Shown here piece by piece: positions 39,826 through 49,837 of a stretch of 64,000 nt of DNA. Positions within the stretch are counted from its first letter, which is position 1. Each line of letters begins with the position of its first letter. Source of the DNA: Dehalococcoidia bacterium (GTDB lineage: Bacteria; Chloroflexota; Dehalococcoidia; SM23-28-2; RBG-16-64-32). The DNA lies in assembly GCA_963665775.2 (NCBI GenBank), contig CAXXTF010000002.1:416001-480000 (forward strand), written 5' to 3'. A model generated the notes under the pieces. The model was not told the origin of the DNA and made no database searches. It saw only the letters and a program-made list of their open reading frames with translations. The position numbers and the translations under genes are program-made.

Positions 39826-40542
39826 CTATACGTAGCCCTGCCCCCAGTCGAAGAACTGGGTTATCCTGATGAAGTTATTCGTGAGGAGCAAGACGCCTAC
39901 AGCGACCACGAGCAGGCCGCTCACGACCGGCACTGTCGCCAGCACCGGACGTATGCGTTTGAGGCGTGCGGAGACGCCCTCAACGGCGAAGGCCATGATA
40001 AGAAACGGCACCCCCAGCCCGGCCGAGTAGGCCAACAGCAGCAGGGCTCCCTGTCCCACGGTGCCGCCGATGATGGCCAGTCCGATGATGCTGCCCAGCA
40101 CCGGTCCGATGCAGGGCGTCCAGCCGGCGGAGAATGTCATCCCCATTACCAGCGAACGGGGATAGCCTGTTCTGGCGGCTGGTGCCTGGCTAACGCTGTA
40201 TTCCCGATTCAGGAATCCGATGTTGATGACGCCGAGCAAGTGCAGGCCCATGAAGACAAGGATCGCTCCGCCCATCTCGCGCAGGTAGCGGGCGTTGTCC
40301 AGAAGCAGGAAGCCGATGAGCCCGATGGAGGTCCAGAATACGACGAAAACCAGGGAGAAGCCGGTGACGAACGAAGCGGCGTGGAGGAAGCAGGTCCGCC
40401 GGTTAGCGGATGTAGGAGATTCGGCCGAGACGGTCACCATGTGACCAATGTAAGCTGGGACCAGAGGCAGGACGCAGGGCGAGGCGAACGAGAGCATCCC
40501 CGCCGCGAAGGCGATCAGCAGGGTCACATTCTCGCCATCCAC
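39826..40542 (-). CDS. ccdA: Cytochrome c biogenesis thiol-redox transporter CcdA
   Basis: AGMLSFASPCVLPLVPAY and GWTPCIGPVLGSI. Confidence 0.95.
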   Translation of the reverse strand: MDGENVTLLIAFAAGMLSFASPCVLPLVPAYIGHMVTVSAESPTSANRRTCFLHAASFVTGFSLVFVVFWTSIGLIGFLLLDNARYLREMGGAILVFMGLHLLGVINIGFLNREYSVSQAPAARTGYPRSLVMGMTFSAGWTPCIGPVLGSIIGLAIIGGTVGQGALLLLAYSAGLGVPFLIMAFAVEGVSARLKRIRPVLATVPVVSGLLVVAVGVLLLTNNFIRITQFFDWGQGYV

Positions 40543-40597
40543 CCGGTGTCACCTCCTCAGCGATCGTTCCCCGGCCGCACACCTTTGAAAGCCCTCA

Positions 40598-41971
40598 TCA
40601 TGAATATTCCAGGTCTGGTAAGGCGTCGTCGGCGGCGGTCGGGTCGTAATCCTCCGAGGATGATCCCTCCTGGAGATCGAGGGCGAAGAACTCGCGCATG
40701 GCCTGAGCGGTGGCCGTGCCATCCCCTTCGACGGCCCGGGCCTTGAGAAGGGCGATGGGGTCATGCAGAAGCTTCTTGGCCATAGCCAGCGTCAGGGCCT
40801 CGATGCGCTGGCGATCTGATTCTGAGAGGCGGTTCAGCACCGAGGAGATGCGCGCCAGCTCCGCCTGCCTGATCGAATCCACACGCTGGCGTAGGGCGCT
40901 GATGGTGGGGACGACCCGCTGGGTGGCCAGCCAGCTCTCAAAGGCAAGAACCGCCTCCTGGATGATGGGCGACACCTTCCGCGCCTCCGACTGTCGTTCT
41001 TTAATGTTGGCGGCGATGGCGGATTCGAGGTCGTCGACGTTATATAGCTTTACGCCGGGTATCTCAGCGACCGACGGCTCGACATCTCTGGGCACGGCTA
41101 TGTCGATCAGGAGAAGTGGCTGTGTCCCTCTCTCACGCATCGCCTTCTCTACCATCTCCCGCGGAATCACGTGGTGGGGTGCGCTGGTACAGCTGATGAC
41201 GATGTCGCAGTGCCGAAGGGCGTCTTCCAACTGGCAGGAAACGACGGCGCCACCGCACTCTTGGGCTAGCCGCTCTGCCCGCTTCGACGTTTGGCCGACG
41301 ACCGACAGCCCGGCGACCCCTTTATCGACGAGGCTCTTGGCTGCTAACTCACCCATCTTCCCGGCGCCCACCAGCAGAACGTGCGAAGACCTCAGATCTC
41401 CCAACGTCCGCCTGGCAAGCTCGACCGCGGCATAGCTGATCGATATGGCGCTGCGGCCGATTCCGGTCTCGGTGCGCGCCCGCTTGCCCACGGTGACCGC
41501 CTGCCGGAAGAGGGTGGCGAGCACCCTCCCTATGGAGCGGTGATCGAGGCCCTGGCGCAGCGCCTCCCGCACCTGACCCAGGATTTGGGGCTCGCCGACG
41601 ATGGCTGAGTCCAAGCCGCTGGCCACCAGGAACAGATGCTCGACCGCTTTTCTGCCCTCCAGACCGTACAGATGCGACTCGAACTCCCATAGCGGGATGC
41701 TGCGCTGCTCGCTCAAGAAGCGCTTGATCTCTGCCTTGGCGCGGCTTGTATCAGGAGCGGCCGCATACAGCTCCACTCGGTGGCACGTGGAGAGGATGGC
41801 TCCTTCTGGGACATACCCTCTCAGGGCAGTTAGCGAGCTCTCCAGATCATAAGGGGGAAAGGCGAGACGTTCCCGCAGGACGAGCGGTGCCCGCCTGTGA
41901 CTGAGGCCCACGACGACCACCTGTGTCCCTCGGTCGCCATCTCCCTCACGATCAGTGGCTCTCGTAGGCAT
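40598..41971 (-). CDS. hemA: Glutamyl-tRNA reductase
   Basis: GLSHRRAP..LRE, LSTCHRVE, SGLDS.IVGEPQILGQV, GAGKMG, DIAVPRD. Confidence 0.95.
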   Translation of the reverse strand: MPTRATDREGDGDRGTQVVVVGLSHRRAPLVLRERLAFPPYDLESSLTALRGYVPEGAILSTCHRVELYAAAPDTSRAKAEIKRFLSEQRSIPLWEFESHLYGLEGRKAVEHLFLVASGLDSAIVGEPQILGQVREALRQGLDHRSIGRVLATLFRQAVTVGKRARTETGIGRSAISISYAAVELARRTLGDLRSSHVLLVGAGKMGELAAKSLVDKGVAGLSVVGQTSKRAERLAQECGGAVVSCQLEDALRHCDIVISCTSAPHHVIPREMVEKAMRERGTQPLLLIDIAVPRDVEPSVAEIPGVKLYNVDDLESAIAANIKERQSEARKVSPIIQEAVLAFESWLATQRVVPTISALRQRVDSIRQAELARISSVLNRLSESDRQRIEALTLAMAKKLLHDPIALLKARAVEGDGTATAQAMREFFALDLQEGSSSEDYDPTAADDALPDLEYS

Positions 41972-42441
41972 ATTCCTCACACGGGTATACTAAGCTGAAG
42001 CTCCTGTCCTCAGAACCCGCCATTGCAGCGACTACAGGCGGCACCGGCGCCCGTGGTGGCGCCGCCGGATGCGCGGCATCGACCAGAACTTGCCGCAGGG
42101 CGCAGCCTAATTGGCCCTCCGGTATCCCGGATACCTTGCGTTGGCGGCTTGGGTTCATTATCGCGAGAACCGCTCTTGTGCATATCTTAACAATAACCGC
42201 CTCCTATTTGAACCCTAGCTGTTACGGCCCTTCAGGAGGTATCTCAGTTGTGGAATGCCGTGGATCGCCTCGCCTTATGGCTTGCTGGCCAGGACTCAAT
42301 ACCCGTGGTGGAGGAGAGCGAGGGAATCTCCCCCCTCTTGTCTCCGCCCTTAACGCTGGCTAAACAGATTCTTAATTCTTTCTTCCCCTAGCCTTGATGA
42401 CAACGTTAACGACGGCACGCTAACGTGAGTCTGCAGGTGAC

Positions 42442-43101
42442 ATGAGCAGGGAGGGGATGATCATGGCTGCAAACACAACTCTTCCGGAAGAGGTCTTTCA
42501 CGACCTCTATCAGGCCTATTACCCTAGATTGTTCGCCTTCGTATACAGCCGCGTAGGCAATGCGGATACGGCTAAGGATCTGGCCGCTGAGGTTTTCGAG
42601 CGGGCGTATACAAAGGGCGACGAGGTGAGAAAGGCGGAAGCGTACGGCGCCTGGCTGTTCGCGATCGCCAAGAACATCATCACGAGCCACTACCGACGGC
42701 GACGGCGAGATGAAGACATGTTGGAGCGAATGAGGGACTCACTCCAACTGGTCGGCCGGCCCGAGAGCCCAGAAGACCATCTCCTTAAGAGTGAGTGGGC
42801 AAGCCACCTCATAGGTCGGGTCAGCCTGCTCACTTCCCGTGACCAGGAGCTACTCTCGCTCAAGTTCGATGCACAGCTCAAGAATGCCGAGATCGCCCGG
42901 GTCACGGGCATGTCAGAGGGGAATGTCCGCATCTCAGTCTTTCGCGCCGTGAGACGGCTTCGGGTGTACATCAAGAACGAGACTGAGGGGATGCTGCGCG
43001 TCCGTCCGGCCCAATCTCGACAGCGAGCGGGCGATCCAAGCGCCACCCCTCCAGGGAGACGAGCCGAGAGGATCAGGCTTGCCACAGACGTCTCGCCTTA
43101 A
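42442..43101 (+). CDS. ECF-type sigma-70 factor
   Basis: AKDLAAEVF, AWLFAIAKN (region 2); EIARVTGMSEGNVR....RA (region 4). Confidence 0.9.
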   Translation: MSREGMIMAANTTLPEEVFHDLYQAYYPRLFAFVYSRVGNADTAKDLAAEVFERAYTKGDEVRKAEAYGAWLFAIAKNIITSHYRRRRRDEDMLERMRDSLQLVGRPESPEDHLLKSEWASHLIGRVSLLTSRDQELLSLKFDAQLKNAEIARVTGMSEGNVRISVFRAVRRLRVYIKNETEGMLRVRPAQSRQRAGDPSATPPGRRAERIRLATDVSP

Positions 43102-43372
43102 GTAATCTGAGACGCCTACTTTCGCAACTGCTCGGCCAACACGTCCAGGATTCGCTCAAGGCCAGGGTCTGCCGGTCTAAATATGGATTGCGCTTCTGCA
43201 CCGGATGGCCAAGCGGCCCAGCGCTGGGGCATTGAGCAGAGTACAGAATGAGGTTCGGCTTCCTTCTTGATACGATGAAGTCATAGGGTCCCCGATATGC
43301 GGCCGTCTAGCACTGCTTACGATCCTTTGACGGGAGCACGTGATAAGCTCACTGGGCCCTGGGGGATATCGC

Positions 43373-43400
43373 TTGACACGCAATGAAATTGGAGTAGGAT
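43373..43400 (+). promoter_or_regulatory. Sigma70-type promoter for amidohydrolase gene
   Basis: TTGACA (43373), 16 nt, TAGGAT (43395). Confidence 0.5.
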
Positions 43401-43523
43401 AGTCTTATTCAACGCTGCCGTAAAATAGTTGCGGCGGCTAGATCGGAGAGGTGTGATGGGCCGCAGGGTTCATCGCTGGCCCAGGATCGTTTCCTAATCG
43501 TATCTGACGGGAGGAAATCTCAG

Positions 43524-44672
43524 ATGCTACAAGGGCAAGCCCACGCGAGACTGGATTACAACATCGTAGACTCAGACTCTCACGTTACTGAGCCGCCAAA
43601 CTGCTTTCAGAGCAGGGTGCCACAGAAGCTGAAGGAGCGCGCTCCCAAGGTGGTCAAACTGCCGAACGGCGGCGACGCATGGTCCTACGAAGATGGCAAG
43701 CATGTGCGGCCCATGTTCGTTACTACCAACGCCGGTGGCTTGATGGCCACCGATATCAACGCGGAGGCCGTCGTTAGCTACGACACGATCCGCCCCTCCC
43801 ATTTTGATTCGAAAGCGCGGGTCGAGGACATGGACCTGGACGGGATCGGTGCCGAGGTTATCTATCCTCTTGGCGCCGGCGCCTTCGGAGACGATCGGGA
43901 GCTTAACCTCGCCTGTATTCGGGCCTATAATGATTGGTTGGTTGAAGAGTTCTGCGGACCGTCCGGCAACAGAATTTTCGGTTTGGCCGTGGTGCCTAAT
44001 TCCGGAGTCGAGGATGCTATGGCGGAAGTGGAGCGGTGCATGAAGAAAGGCCACACGGGGATTAATCTCGGTCGGTGGCCCAATGGCTCGCAGATGCCGA
44101 GCCCGGAGGACGATAAGTTCTGGGCCATGGCCGAAGACATGAATCTACCCGTCTGCATCCACATCGGCGGAGGCTTCACGCCCGCACAGTCTACCTTCGA
44201 GGGCATGGGGCCCGATCAGATCGCACTCGGCACTATGGCCAAGTGCGGGGCCTCCACCATGCCAGTTATCGACAGTTTGTTGGGCCAGGCCATCGCCGAA
44301 CGCTTCCCGAAAATCAAGATACTGTTTACGGAGTGCAACATCGGCTGGATCCCGTGCTACCTGGAGCAGGCTGATGACCGCTGGCTGCACTATCGCTTCA
44401 TCACGGGCAAGTCCCATTTGAAAATGGCTCCCAGTGAGCAGTTCCGCCGGAACTTCTGGGCCACCTTCATGTGCGACCACATAGGTGTGGAGCTGCGCCA
44501 CTACGTCGGCGTTGACCGAATTATGTGGTCGACGGACTTCCCGCATGGCGGTAATGAATGGCCCAACAGCCGCAATCAGATCGACCGCCTGTTCAGAGAC
44601 GTGCCCGACGATGAGAGGAAGCTAATCCTGCACGATAATGCGTGCAATTTCTACAACCTAACGGGCGTATAG
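43524..44672 (+). CDS. Amidohydrolase_2 family protein
   Basis: VDSDSHVTEP, DMDLDGI, AYNDWL, PVCIH, ECNIGW, MWSTDFPH. Confidence 0.9.
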   Translation: MLQGQAHARLDYNIVDSDSHVTEPPNCFQSRVPQKLKERAPKVVKLPNGGDAWSYEDGKHVRPMFVTTNAGGLMATDINAEAVVSYDTIRPSHFDSKARVEDMDLDGIGAEVIYPLGAGAFGDDRELNLACIRAYNDWLVEEFCGPSGNRIFGLAVVPNSGVEDAMAEVERCMKKGHTGINLGRWPNGSQMPSPEDDKFWAMAEDMNLPVCIHIGGGFTPAQSTFEGMGPDQIALGTMAKCGASTMPVIDSLLGQAIAERFPKIKILFTECNIGWIPCYLEQADDRWLHYRFITGKSHLKMAPSEQFRRNFWATFMCDHIGVELRHYVGVDRIMWSTDFPHGGNEWPNSRNQIDRLFRDVPDDERKLILHDNACNFYNLTGV

Positions 44673-45223
44673 CGGCGATACCTACACAGCTTAGCGACTG
44701 AACTAGGCTTGACACTCGGTGTTTGCCTATCCGGGTCCAAGTGGCCATCGCTACCTCTATTCCATGGGTCAGCAGCGCTAGGTCGCGAGTCGTGGGATCT
44801 TGCTGCTCTGGCACAGAGGCGCGGCCCACCTGAATTAAGAGAGGCCCTTCGAGCCTGGCCGGCGTCACGTAGGCACTATTGGAGTGGTCAGTCTAACGCG
44901 TAGCCCACCGTCGATTTGCCGCAGCTAGAGTGGGCTGTAGCGCATACGCACAACGTCTTCGGTGTGGTGAGCCTCGTACTGCTTCATGATCGCCTCGTGC
45001 TCAGGACGGCAGCCAGTGGATGATCGTGGGGTATTACCGAAATCGGCTTGTAAGGACGCCCGAGGGACGGAGGATCCAGCGCTTCAACCTGACCAACCTA
45101 TGGAATGAGGGCAATTATCGGCTGAGGGCCATGGCCGCACAACCTCCGGACAACGGGAGCTGAGAGGGTCAGGACTTAGCTTATTACTCGGGCCACCTTC
45201 TTCGCTAAGAGGAGGTCATCCAA

Positions 45224-46006
45224 ATGGTAGAACGACTTGAGGGCAAAGTCGCGATCGTGACCGGCGGCGCCTCGGGTATCGGTCAAGCCACGGCGTTGGC
45301 ATTCGCTCGTGAGGGAGCCAAATTAGTCGTGGCCGACGTGGATTCGGAGGGGGGCAAGGAGACAGTTAGCCTAATCAATGCGGCTGGTGGCGGCGCCGTA
45401 TTCGTCGAAAGCGACGTACGTAGCCCGGACCAGGTCGAAGCAATAGTGAGCAAAGCGGTTGAGACCTATGGCGGCTTGGATTACGCCTTCAACAACGCTG
45501 GGGTACTGGGGACGAGGGCTTCGACCACTGACTGCAGCACCGAGAACTGGGAGCATGTTGTCGGCGTCAACCTTACGGGAGTATGGCTTTGTATGAAGTA
45601 CGAAATTTCCGAAATGCTCCGTCGGGGCGGAGGTGCTATCGTTAATAACTCCTCCATAGAGGGATTGCGTGGGCTGCCAGGTTTCGGACCCTACGTCGCC
45701 AGCAAGCATGGGGTGATTGGGCTGACGAGGGCAGCGGCGCTGGAATTTGGCCCTCATGGGATTCGTATCAATGCCGTCTGCCCCGGCACGATACCTACGC
45801 CAATGAATCAGCCGCATATCCGAGAGCGCGAGGGAGCTGGCAGGGAAGGACCCAGAATAGCCATGGGGCGGACGGGTAGTACAGGGGAGGTAGCAGACGC
45901 TGTACTCTGGCTATGCTCCGGCGCCTCGTTTGTGACTGGCTCCTCTCTCGTAGTGGATGGTGGCGAGACGGCAGGCTGGTTAAGTCAGCCACCACGGCCT
46001 GGTTAG
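45224..46006 (+). CDS. Short-chain dehydrogenase/reductase (classical SDR)
   Basis: TGGASGIG, NNAG, YVASK (YxxxK), INAVCPG, VDGG. Confidence 0.95.
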   Translation: MVERLEGKVAIVTGGASGIGQATALAFAREGAKLVVADVDSEGGKETVSLINAAGGGAVFVESDVRSPDQVEAIVSKAVETYGGLDYAFNNAGVLGTRASTTDCSTENWEHVVGVNLTGVWLCMKYEISEMLRRGGGAIVNNSSIEGLRGLPGFGPYVASKHGVIGLTRAAALEFGPHGIRINAVCPGTIPTPMNQPHIREREGAGREGPRIAMGRTGSTGEVADAVLWLCSGASFVTGSSLVVDGGETAGWLSQPPRPG

Positions 46007-46065
46007 TTTCAGCGATAGCGAGGGGATGGCTCACCGTTCAGCCATAGCGTGCCGTCGCCTCGGTG

Positions 46066-46404
46066 TCACCCAGCGGGGAAGCCGCCGCTTCCGAGCTTGC
46101 CAGCACAGCAGCTGTTAACGCGTGGGCGGCGGATCTCTTCGTTCTGACGAGGGCCATCGCGGCCTGACGTGAACCCCTCCGCATAGGGAGCCGACATCGC
46201 TCCCAAGCGGCCGGCAACTTGGTTTCTGGCACTCGCCCGAGCACGCCGAGGAGGTTGCTGAGGCGCGGCGCCGAAGTCGGCCATGAGCGCCCCAGCGATC
46301 GCGGCCCCAGCCTTCCGGGACACGAAATCTATGACTCGCACGCCTTCGAAGACCTGCTGCTTTGATTGCCTTATGATGCTGCCTCTTTTGCCATCACGGC
46401 CCAA
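46066..46404 (-). pseudogene. Degraded N-terminal fragment of a class III CoA-transferase
   Basis: VFEGVRVIDF....AGA.AG.LMADFGA, then homology is lost; directly downstream of an intact paralog. Confidence 0.65.
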
Positions 46405-46406
46405 CC

Positions 46407-47603
46407 TTAGACAAGAACGCCACGACCCCTGAGCTCGGCGATCTGTTGCTGGCTGTAGCCGATCTCGGCCAGAACCTCATCGGTCTGCTCGCCCTTATCC
46501 GGCGCCGGCCTGGTGGCGACGAACGGGTCGCCTGCAACTTTGATGGCGTTGGCCACCATCTTTATCTTCCCCGCTTTGGGATGATCCTGCTCCACAATCA
46601 TCTCCCTGGATCGGAACAGCTCTGTGCTCTCCAGCTCTCCCAGGGCGTAAAAGGGCGCACCAGCGATGTTGTTCTCAAGGAAAATCTTGGTCCACTCCGC
46701 CTGCGTCTTGGTGCGGAAGAGCTTGATCAACTCCTCCCTTAGCTCCGCGTCGCCGACAGAGCTGTCCATCCGGCTTTCGCTCCAGTCGCCGCGGGTCGCC
46801 AGGTCCGGCCGCCCGACGACCTCACAGAAGTGCAGCCAGAAGTGCTGCTCGATGGCCTGAAGCAGCATGAAGCGGTCGTCCTTCGTCTTGTAGTAGCAGT
46901 ACTTTACTGACACGTCCTCTTCGGGATCTCCCCATCCCCGGCTCTCCTCGTTGAGCACAGACTCCAAGGACCGGTCCAGGGCCATGAGAGCCGCATCAGC
47001 ACAAGAAATGTCTAGATAAGCCCCCTCCCCCGTTGTCTGCGCTTGCAGCAGGGCTCCGAGAATGGCGCTAGCGGCCAACCAGGCCCCGGACGTGGAGCCG
47101 ATTGAGGGCATGGGACGGTGCTGGACATAGCTCCCGTCTTTGAGCTGATACGGCGGCGGAGTGCCGGTGACGGCGTGATAGGCGCCCCCATGGGTGGCCA
47201 GTTGGGCGAAGGGCCCCGTCTGCCCGAAGCCGGTGATGGAGCAGTAGACGATCTTCGGATTGGCGGCTCGCAGGGCCTCGTAGCCCAGCCCCAGCTTGGC
47301 AGAGGCGCCTGGCCGGGCGCTCTCCACGAAAACGTGAGACGATTTCGCCAGGGCGTAGACGACCGCTCTCCCCTCTTCGGTCCTGAAATCGATGCCGACG
47401 CTGCGCTTGCTACGATTGATGCAGGCGAATGAAAGGCGCACGCCGCCCCGGTCCTCAGGCCCGCCCATTCGGAAGTAATCCCCCACCTTTGGCTCCTCGA
47501 CCTTGATGACGTCGGCTCCCATGTCGGCCAGAATCATGGTAGTCAAGGGGCCGGGGATGAGCCTCGAGGCGTCTAGAACCTTGATCCCTTTCAGCAGTTT
47601 CAC
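46407..47603 (-). CDS. Class III CoA-transferase family protein lacking the catalytic Asp
   Basis: LADMGADVIKVEEP, NRSKRS, RPG...KLGLGY, ITGFGQTGP; IGSTSG...AILGAL at the Asp position. Confidence 0.9.
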   Translation of the reverse strand: MKLLKGIKVLDASRLIPGPLTTMILADMGADVIKVEEPKVGDYFRMGGPEDRGGVRLSFACINRSKRSVGIDFRTEEGRAVVYALAKSSHVFVESARPGASAKLGLGYEALRAANPKIVYCSITGFGQTGPFAQLATHGGAYHAVTGTPPPYQLKDGSYVQHRPMPSIGSTSGAWLAASAILGALLQAQTTGEGAYLDISCADAALMALDRSLESVLNEESRGWGDPEEDVSVKYCYYKTKDDRFMLLQAIEQHFWLHFCEVVGRPDLATRGDWSESRMDSSVGDAELREELIKLFRTKTQAEWTKIFLENNIAGAPFYALGELESTELFRSREMIVEQDHPKAGKIKMVANAIKVAGDPFVATRPAPDKGEQTDEVLAEIGYSQQQIAELRGRGVLV

Positions 47604-47894
47604 GGTGACCTCCTTCTATAGGCTACGTCTAGTCGTGAGCGGGGGCACGCCGAACGGCTGGTACGACCTACCACCCGCCTGAGCTACCACAGGCTATGTT
47701 AGTGCAGCCATGACTGTGGGTCACCACTATGGCCGTGGCCGACAGTCGACATATGGAAGGGCTCACGACGAAGGTGGCCAGAGCGTAGTTGGTGCCGTGT
47801 GTCACAGAGCTGCGCTCCCTCGCCCGGGATTGGGTGCTACAATTAGTCGCACTGGTCTCCTGCCGCTGGGCAGGTTCGCTAGGAGGGCCATCGG

Positions 47895-48623
47895 GTGCGT
47901 GCCTCCATCAGCGCTGCGGACATCCCCCGACGCCTATTCTCGCCGGTCGCTTCCGACTATGTCAGTCGCGCCCAACTCCTCAGCTTCTTTCAGTATCGGC
48001 GCTGGCACCGAGCTCTGCTGTCGTCCCTCGAGCTTCCTGCGGGAGCGCGAGTGTTGGATGTGGCTAGCGGCACCGGTGCCCTCGCCTTCGATCTTCTGCG
48101 GCGTCCCGGGCTGGAGGTTGTCGCCGCTGATATCACGCGACCTATGCTCCTCCAGGCCCAGCTTCGATCTTCCCGAGACGGCGCCCGGCTGCACCTGGTC
48201 GAGTGTACGGCCGAGGCTGCCCCGTTCGCCGATTCCACCTTCGACGCCGTTGTCTTCGCTTACCTGCTCCGCTACGTGGCCGATCTCCCCCAAACACTGG
48301 CCGGCTTGGCCCGCCTTCTCCGTCCAGGCGGTGTCTTAGCGTCGTTGGACTTCGCCATACCGCAGGGCCTTGCCTATCCCCTGTGGCGAATGTATACCGA
48401 TCACCTTCTCCCGCGGGCGGGTTCGGTCTTCTCGCCTGCCTGGCGTCGCATCGGTTCCTTCTTGGGCCCTAGCATCCGCGACTTCTATGACAGCTGGCCG
48501 GAGGATCGTCTTCTCCGTGCCTGGCGCGACTCCGGTTTTCCAGATGTCCAGGCACGCCGCCTCTCTTTGGGCGGGGCGCTCATCATGTGGGGAACTCTGG
48601 GACCGACTGAGAAGGGCCCGTGA
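47895..48623 (+). CDS. UbiE/MenG-like SAM-dependent methyltransferase
   Basis: LFS.VA..Y....QLLSF.Q...W, VLDVASGTG, AEAAPFAD.TFD, YLLRYV. Confidence 0.85.
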   Translation: MRASISAADIPRRLFSPVASDYVSRAQLLSFFQYRRWHRALLSSLELPAGARVLDVASGTGALAFDLLRRPGLEVVAADITRPMLLQAQLRSSRDGARLHLVECTAEAAPFADSTFDAVVFAYLLRYVADLPQTLAGLARLLRPGGVLASLDFAIPQGLAYPLWRMYTDHLLPRAGSVFSPAWRRIGSFLGPSIRDFYDSWPEDRLLRAWRDSGFPDVQARRLSLGGALIMWGTLGPTEKGP

Positions 48624-49396
48624 AAATCCGGCTCCGAGCCCGCCATGCGCAGCCCGTGACGCCGGTCGCGACGGAGGTGCGTCCCTCCTTCTACGCGCTG
48701 CGGCACGGTAGCTGGCGCGACTATGTGACTCTACTTCACCCGCCCTACACTCTATGGCACTTGAGCTACGTAATGCTTGGCGTGGCCCTCTCGCCCACCA
48801 TCCGTTACGATCGTCTCGGTGCCACGGTCCTAGCGTTCTTCTTGGCGATGGGTATCGCAGCCCACGCCCTTGACGAACTTAACGGGCGTCCATTGGGGAC
48901 GCGCATACCGGGAACCGTCCTAAAGGCGCTCGCCGTCTTGGGATTCGGTGGAGCCGTGGCTCTGGGTCTGGCGGGCACGCTTCTCGCCTCGCCCTGGCTC
49001 CTGGCCTTCGTGATCTTTGGCCTGTTCATCGCCCCGGCATACAACCTGGAGTGGTTCCACGGCCGCTTTCACTCAGACTTCTGGTTCGCCCTTTCCTGGG
49101 GCAGCTTCCCCTTCCTCACCGCCTATTGGGCCAGCGCGGAGCGGCTGGAACCATCGGCCGCCTTCGGCGCCCTTGCCGTCTTCGCCTTGAGCCTGGCCCA
49201 GCGTACCTTGAGCCGAAGGGTCCGTACCCTGCGCCGCCGCGTGAGTCATGTGGAGGGACGCCTTACCTATGCGGACGGCACAGTTCGCGAGATCGACCGG
49301 ACCTGGGCGCTCGCGACCGATGAGCGGGCGCTACTGCTAATGGCGGCATCGGTGGTTGGCTTCAGCCTGGCAGTCCTGCTGGCGCGGGCCGTCTAG
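48620..49396 (+). CDS. Uncharacterised polytopic membrane protein, remotely UbiA-like
   Basis: ~8 TM segments; LHPPYT.WHLSY, AHALDE..GRPL, AYNLE..HGRFHSD; coupled to the methyltransferase (GTGA). Confidence 0.6.
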   Translation: MKIRLRARHAQPVTPVATEVRPSFYALRHGSWRDYVTLLHPPYTLWHLSYVMLGVALSPTIRYDRLGATVLAFFLAMGIAAHALDELNGRPLGTRIPGTVLKALAVLGFGGAVALGLAGTLLASPWLLAFVIFGLFIAPAYNLEWFHGRFHSDFWFALSWGSFPFLTAYWASAERLEPSAAFGALAVFALSLAQRTLSRRVRTLRRRVSHVEGRLTYADGTVREIDRTWALATDERALLLMAASVVGFSLAVLLARAV

Positions 49397-49489
49397 CGGC
49401 TGGCGAGGATGCGCCCGCAGGGCACAGCATACGGGTCGTCTGGATGGCTCCCATTCTGAAGTCACTAGGTTGAAATGGGGAATTCCGGC

Positions 49490-49837
49490 CTATATGCCTT
49501 CCTCCGGCAGGCGGACCAGGCCAGTCCGCAGTGCCCGCAGGACGGCTTGGGTCCTGTCGTTGACCATCAGCTTAGAGAAGATGTTGCCGATACGATTCTT
49601 CACCGTCCTCACGCTGAGGACCAACTTGGATGCGATTTCCTTATTGCTCAGCCCTTCTGCCACCAGGCGAAGGACAGCCAATTCCCCGGGCGTGAGCTCC
49701 TCGTAAGGGATGCCTGATTGACGCGGCTCGAGATCCCCGGATATCCGGATCCAGCCTTCGCCGGGATCGCTCCCGGTAACTCTCAGCATCTCCCTGGTCT
49801 CGGCGTTGAAGTAGATCCCCGAACATTTCCTCTCCAT
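49490..49837 (-). CDS. LuxR/NarL-type HTH regulator without receiver domain
   Basis: LTPGELAVLRLVAEGLSNKEIASKLVLSVRTVKN...IFSKL.V.DRTQAV; AGGAGG RBS. Confidence 0.88.
   Translation of the reverse strand: MERKCSGIYFNAETREMLRVTGSDPGEGWIRISGDLEPRQSGIPYEELTPGELAVLRLVAEGLSNKEIASKLVLSVRTVKNRIGNIFSKLMVNDRTQAVLRALRTGLVRLPEEGI

Noticed and set aside
44920-45015. Minus-strand EHEAIMKQYEAHHTEDVVRM resembling a GntR FCD C-terminus
   Set aside because: Short, with no HTH or start; similarity may be chance.
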